Shown: one piece after another, positions 57,551 to 64,000 of the stretch | Layout of the letters: each line of letters begins with the position of its first letter | Numbering within the stretch: position 1 is the stretch's first letter | Assembly: GCA_951406725.2 (NCBI GenBank) | Contig: OX597832.1 | Span: 12,524,001 to 12,588,000 of the forward strand | DNA: 64,000 nt | Direction of reading: 5' to 3' | DNA from: Octopus vulgaris | Taxonomy: Eukaryota | Notes under the pieces: generated by a model | What the model was told of the DNA's origin: nothing | The model's database searches: none | Seen by the model: the letters and a program-made list of their open reading frames with translations, nothing else | Program-made: the position numbers and the translations under genes

Positions 57551-58704
57551 CTACTATAAACTAGTAAACAGAATGTAGATGGACTTATCGAATTACCTCA
57601 AGGCATTTTGTTCGTTGCTCTCCCGATACGGACAATTCACCCGCCCTTGGTAATGAAACTCTCAGCTGGATATTAATAGTATAATTGCTTGCTGTGTTAG
57701 TAAATTGTTGTTCCGCTAATCGAAGTAAGGATTGCCTGTACAGGATATTATTGAATGAATTCCAAATCACAAATATTAGATTTTCTAATTCTATTCAGAA
57801 GAAATACATATTTGTTCTAGATTACTCATTTATTTATGTATTTATATACATTCACACACTCGCACACTGGCGCGCACACTTGTATGATTTCATATTTATG
57901 TTTGTACTATAATATATTTTGGATTTTTTTCTGTTGCTGTCACGGTTTTTTAAATTTAAAATTTAAGTGGAATTTTTGTTTATTTGGTATATAGATGTGG
58001 AATTTTTCACGTAGAATCTGAGGTTGTTATTCATTTGTTACAGCAAATGTGTTGGACAATATTACAGAGGTTTAAAGTTTGATGATTTTTAGCCAACCAG
58101 ACAACGGGTCTTAGGAGCTGGCATTTTGTGCTGGCAACATTAAGGCGAAACGCTTGTAAGAAAATTTTATGAATAAAGCCACGTTAGACCAAGCATGTAA
58201 GCAATATAAAAAGAAAAAAAATTATCAACGATTATTTACTTCAAACTTTTTATGTTAAAAATTGCAAAACTATAATTTGTACGTTATATTAGAAGAAAAA
58301 GTTCACTTCATTTGAATAATTAATTCAGATTTTGTAAAGGAAGAATAAAATAAAAAAAACGAGCATAAGGAAAACACATGTAGTCTCAAGAGACACTCTT
58401 CTGAAAACCTCCTCCTTACTTTCCGTCCGTTCATAATACGTCTTGAGAAAAATGTTTGGTCGATGTCAACAATCTTCCAAAACCGCCAATCTGATCTGTG
58501 ACGCGGAACAGGTTCTCAACACATATTTCATGAACATAGCTGTTGTATTCAAAAGCTGTGCAGTGGATCGTCCTCTTCCCCTCAAAAATAAAACCGGACT
58601 GAAGTCAATATCTTCATCCATGAGTGAAGGTTAAAAGTAGTACAATTCTAAGAGGAAGTGCGCCACATACATACATGCATACATACATACATACATACAC
58701 ACAC

Positions 58705-58749
<45 letters not shown>

Positions 58750-59443
58750 TGGGTGTCTACTACTCCTTGTGCAGAGTTTGAGCACTTGTAGTTCCACGTT
58801 AGATCCATCATTTCTCCCTGGTTAGGGAGACCTGTATGAAGTACGTTGAAGCGTGAAGATTCTACCTTGTTTGGAGATGAAGGTGAAGGAATCTATGGTC
58901 CAGAATATTTATTTAAAATATTAAGATATGATTCTATTATTAATTGAGTGATATTTCTAACTGGTTTTGCGTTACATGTATACGATTTCAAGTTGGTTCT
59001 TGTAGTGGTTCTGCTATTGGAGGGTTGGATATATTATCGAGACCAGTGGGTACGGGTATCTAAGCATAATTAAGAAGTTTCGTTGTTTAGCGATACGTTA
59101 ACAACTAATCAGACGGCTTCCTTCGGGTTGAAACGTCTGACTATTTCAGTTGTAATAGACGCGGTAGCATCTCCCCCGTCTCCGTTGTGTGAATATTGTT
59201 CTTTTGGTAGTTTCTGTGGAAATTGTAGCAGTGTCAGCAGCTGGACATACGACATTAAAACGTTGTCCATTTTGTTCAAACGAATAATTTGCTTATCACA
59301 TTTAGATTGCTGAGTTAGGTTCCCATCACCAGTAATTGAAAATGCTCCTAGCAATTGGCATTGCTTCGCATTCCTATTTATCTCTGAGTTAAGCGGACAC
59401 ACAAAGAGAGAAAGACAGATTCGGTGAACAGTGAAAGTGAGAA

Positions 59444-59487
<44 letters not shown>

Positions 59488-60875
59488 TGCAGAGGCAGAG
59501 AAGGTTTTAGATATACCAAGAGAAAGCAACATTTATGTAGAAATATTGTGTATCAATGATTGCGTGATTAAATAAAGTAAAAATAATAATTGATTTCTAT
59601 TCCTAAATTGAATCTATTCTTCCATATACATATACATACGTACACACTCACACACATGCGCACGTACACATACACACACACACATACGTATGTATGTACA
59701 CACACACACATATATATATATATATATGTGCACACATGGGCATACACGTATGCATATATTCTTGAAGAAAAAATACAAATATAACGAAGTAGTTTTGTTT
59801 GTAATTTCAAGTAGTAAATGGATATTTTTCAAATGTGCTGTAACTTGGCATCGTTTCGTATGCTTTCAGAATTCTTCGCTTCACGTCGTATAAGAATATA
59901 TGATAAGATAACACGATCTCATTTTCATCTTTTAAACGTTTGCCTTTAAAATATTTATCAACCATTCACTAATACAATCTTTGTTTAGCTTTCATATTTG
60001 AAGAATCTGATATATATTATGATCGTTGAAATCTAACAAGAAAATGAAAAAAATAAAACTTCCTTTATTTTAAATCTCTTGATGAAGCTTTTGGAGGATC
60101 ATATATTTGGAATATGCGGTTATAATTATCAGAAACTAACTGAATCTACAAAGAAGCATTATCAATATAATCACGCTACTTTCTCAAAGAACATTTAGCA
60201 CGCATATTACGTTACGTAAGTCTTTTAAATTACTTTTATGAAAATTCAATCTGAAATGGAGTAAGATACAAAACTACCTTCATGATTCGCTTTCCGTTAG
60301 CAGGCTCCTCTGAGCATAACATGGACTGCATAGCGCTAATCCTTCTGCGCTCGGAGTTCAAGACCCGTCGATATTATTTTTGCTTTTTCTCCTATTTACT
60401 GCCGATGATTTAAATTAGTAATTCTAGACATGTATTCGTATTACTTGTTTTTCTCTCGCATTTGCATTCTATCAGACATTCTATCTCTGTTCTGAAAAAA
60501 AAAAAATTGGTTCTGCTTTACCCATGACAGAAATAGATTTTGCCACGGCTGAAAAGCCCAGAGCATGATATGTAACACACAGGGATGCAGGGTTTAGCGT
60601 TACTTCAAGGAGATTTATGATCCAAGGCGCGTAAGTCATCTACCGTGGACATTTGTCTGGGACTTGATTAATCGTTTATGCGCGAAGCAAACGAGTAACA
60701 AGCAATAATCTTGATGTTCAGGTCCTTAATTCCGTAAGGCATAAACATGAACACTGCACACTATACTAGCTTTATTTACCGTACCAGTCTCTTTTATTTC
60801 ATACTGATATTAATTTCATATCAATATATAGATTGACAGACCAATCGGTTTGTAATTAGAAGATTTTTCTCACAA

Positions 60876-61310
60876 GGAGTGGGTGTGTGGTAACAAGCTT
60901 GCTTCCCAACCACATGGTTCCGGGTTCAGTCCCACAGCATGGCACCTCCGACAGATGTCTTCTACTATAGCCTTGAGACAACCAAAGCCTTCTAAGTGGA
61001 TTTGGTATATGGAAAACCGAAGAAGCCCGTCGTATATTTAAATATGTATATGTGTGTATTTGTGTGTGTGTGAGCGTGTGCGTGTGGGTGTGTGTGTGTG
61101 TGTGCTTGTGTGTGTAAATCGTTATCAATAACTTGAGTTTATTTGCGTCACTAAATGGAGATAAATCTTTTTAAAACATTTTACCGAAACAAGTAATTCG
61201 ATAAGGGTAGCAAAAAAAATCAAAACAAGTTCAAGTAGTTAGATCGATATATACTTCAGTCTGTGCTACAGTATGGCCGCATTCCAGTGACTTAAGATCT
61301 TCAGAATAAA
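60876..61310 (+). mobile_element. tRNA/CORE-like SINE, family B
   Basis: GGAGTGGGTGTGTGGTAACAAGCTTGCTTCCCAACCACATGGTTCCGGGTTCAGTCCCAC...GTCTTCTACTATAGCC; internal (TG)n; homologous to 10642-11097. Confidence 0.8.
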
Positions 61311-61679
61311 ACAATTTAGAATCGACAAACTTGGAGAGATAGTATATAGAGTAGAGGTGTTTTTATTCCCTGAAGCTTATTACACACATCATCAATGTTT
61401 AATGATTAAATTTATGTATGTATGTATGTATGTATGTAGGTATGTATGTTGTTTTAGACGTTCGGCCAAGTTCCAAACGTAGTCTGTACTATTGTCCACC
61501 TGTACTCCCCAACCCCGCACACACATTTATATATATGTGTGTATGTGTGTGTGTGTATGTGTGTGTTTGTAATATACCCGAATAGTTTAACATATGGCCA
61601 CAAAAGTGCTAACAGATTACTTATATAAACAACTCATAAATACATGTAAACACCTAGAGATGTACATAACACTTGCCTT

Positions 61680-61926
<247 letters not shown>

Positions 61927-62465
61927 ATGTATTTATGGTTTCTAATAAAAATAATATTTTATACTATAACTGATAAAATCGTTTAAAATGAGAGAGAGCG
62001 TATTTTAGAACAAATTAAATGTGGTCACACGAGAACAGTTTACAAAACAATAAATCTCAATGTTATACTGATCAATACTTGCTATGATACCGTTTCGTTT
62101 TCATTTCAGCAGCAATGTGGTGAGGCATGAATTTGACTAGCTTTCAGTAATCTGCTAGCGAGACCAGCAATATCCTCTCATTTAAATCAAAAATCAATGA
62201 AACATTATAAGTTGTAGGCTTTTTTTTTCCCTTTATCTGATGTCACGTATTTTCTGAAGGGGACAAAAAAAATGAGATGATACCAGTGATAAAATAATAA
62301 AGGCGCAACGTATTTTCGTTCTTGTTTAGAACTAACACTATCTCTCACGCATTTAGAATATCGTATATGTATTCCTGTCGGAGCAGGGGGTATATATGAA
62401 TTGCTGTATGTATAGGCATCTTGTACATGAAAATCTCCGAATAGTTACAGATTATATGGTCTTAC

Positions 62466-62848
62466 CTGTACACAAAACATCGACCCCAAAAGTGTCGTTG
62501 TTTTCACAGTCCGTACATGTCAAAATGGGTGTGTATGCCTTTACCATTGCCATATACAAAGGCATTTTAAGTTCATTGTATTGAACGAGGAAAGGGAAGA
62601 TCGTTATGAAGAAATTGCTTATTTAATGCGTCCTCATAAACTGGTTCTGTTTATTTACTGTGACCTCTGCAATGTCTCCAGGATCATGTCAAAATTGCAG
62701 ATGGTTCTAGTGAGAGTTTGTTTGTTTTCTCTGAATAACTTTCAAATTGTTTACATTGTTTCAATAACCGACGTGTTGCGTCATTATTGTTGCTGAAAAC
62801 CGTGTTTGCTTGGCATTGTTAATCGTCGAAAGGGTGCAGCAATTCATT
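62466..62848 (-). other. Candidate spliced exon (5' UTR plus short coding start), gene unknown
   Basis: Minus-strand acceptor TCTGTTTCATTCAG| at 62849 and donor CAG|GTAAG at 62465. One frame is open into the donor: MPLYMAMVKAYTPILTCTDCENNDTFGVDVLCT. No homology recognised. Confidence 0.25.
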
Positions 62849-63160
62849 CTGAATGAAACAGACGATTTGATAAATTACGATAGAGGTTGTACATGTAATG
62901 CCCAATAATAGAGCGCGTCTCTCTGATAAAATCAGCACAAAGTCTTTCTGGAGAAAATGAAAAGTTAGTTTTACTGAGTTTCTAGCTTTAAGAACGTGAG
63001 TTCACATCCAGGCAAGCTCTCTTTTATATGAGAATGTTCTACCTTTAAAAAATAATGAAGATCCTTGCAGCGTTTTAGAAAATGCGATATTGAAACCTTT
63101 CACTGTTTTTGGCATTATAGTTGGTACTGTATTTATATAACCTTGCTACCTGAAGAAATA

Positions 63161-63541
63161 TTCTTTTCTACTCTTGGCAGAAGACCCGAAATTTTGCGGG
63201 ACGAGGCCAGTCGATTAGATCGACCTCAGTATCGACCCCAAAAGGATGAAAGCAAAGTCGACCTTGGCGGAATTTGAACTCAAAACATTAAGACGGAGGA
63301 CGAAATATAGCTAAGCATCAGTCCGCGCGAACGTTTCTTATAGAGGGGACACACAAGGACAGACAAAGGGATTAAGTCGATTACATCGACCCCAGTGCGT
63401 AAATGGTACTTAATTTATCGACCCCGATAGGATGACAGTCGAAGTTGACCTCGGCGGAATTTGAACTCAAAACGTAAAGATGGAGGACGAAATACAACTA
63501 AGCATTTCGCCCGTGCAAATATTTATGCCAGCTTGCGGCAT
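63161..63541 (-). mobile_element. Tandem/dimeric SINE family A
   Basis: Two copies of ATCGACCCC..AGGATGA..GACCT.GGCGGAATTTGAACTCAAAAC..GGAGGACGAAATA..CTAAGCAT. Confidence 0.85.
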
Positions 63542-63574
63542 TTATTTGCAGAAATATTGTAGGTAGTATTTATT

Positions 63575-63760
63575 TATACCAGGTTTAGAAGAGCGTCTGA
63601 CAAAATGCATTGCGCAATTTCTTCCGATTCATTACGTTCCGTGTTCAAACTCCTTTGGGTTCAACCTCGCATTTCTTCTGTTAGGGGAAAATAGAATAAA
63701 TTACTACTCAATTACTGGAATCATTATTATCCCCTATTCCACTCTCTTTAATATTGCTTG
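63575..63760 (+). mobile_element. Highly decayed SINE family A copy, head-to-head with the previous element
   Basis: GACAAAATGC..TTACGTTCCGTGTTCAAACTCC..GGTTCAACCTCGCATTTC..GGGG resembles the family A head and core. Confidence 0.45.
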
Positions 63761-64000
63761 CCATTAGTAATCGTTATACTATATTTTTAAGCAAGTATTT
63801 AAGAGGAGCAATCAATAAATAGACCCTAATATGCTAAAAAAAAATCAATCACTTGTATTACAAAGCATATTCGACTTTCAAAAGAAAAAAATGTCGATCA
63901 CAAATGGCATGATATACTCATAAATCCTTTTCATCAGGGAATTGTGGGGATATATAGCTGCAGATAGCTATATGTTATCTATTTTTCTCTGAAGTCATTA

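Noticed and set aside
60531-60636. Plus-strand 100-nt exon candidate ending GC|GTAAGT
   Set aside because: Stops in all three frames; it looks like a decayed repeat.
62090-62130. TTTTCATTTCAG-CAGCAATGTG-GTGAGG micro-exon candidate
   Set aside because: Length of 7 or 10 nt is not frame-preserving, the donor is weak, and there is no support.

Overview
AT-rich, non-coding eukaryotic DNA (intergenic or deep intronic) saturated with microsatellites and decayed transposable elements. The repeat repertoire (tRNA-headed SINE families, very long (TA)n/(TATC)n/(TAA)n tracts) looks like an octopod cephalopod genome; this is an inference from recalled repeat families and has not been verified. No intact protein-coding gene is supported, and almost all entries in the ORF track are translations of microsatellites. 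Recognisable elements: a full-length but dead Tc1-superfamily transposon with D36E spacing (48.4-49.7 kb), a complete ~400-bp non-autonomous Helitron (855-1251), a Helitron fragment captured inside a SINE (57.25-57.47 kb), an R4/Dong-like retrotransposon 3' end inside (TAA)n, a LINE-like 3' end inside (GATA)n that shares its tail with the commonest SINE, a Penelope GIY-YIG remnant, at least three SINE families, and several fold-back/MITE-like elements, one with octamer+CCAAT motifs in both arms. Possible splicing signals: a recursive-splice-site-like AG|GTAAGT at 26.63 kb (+) and a candidate exon at 62.47-62.85 kb (-). All alignments were done by eye.
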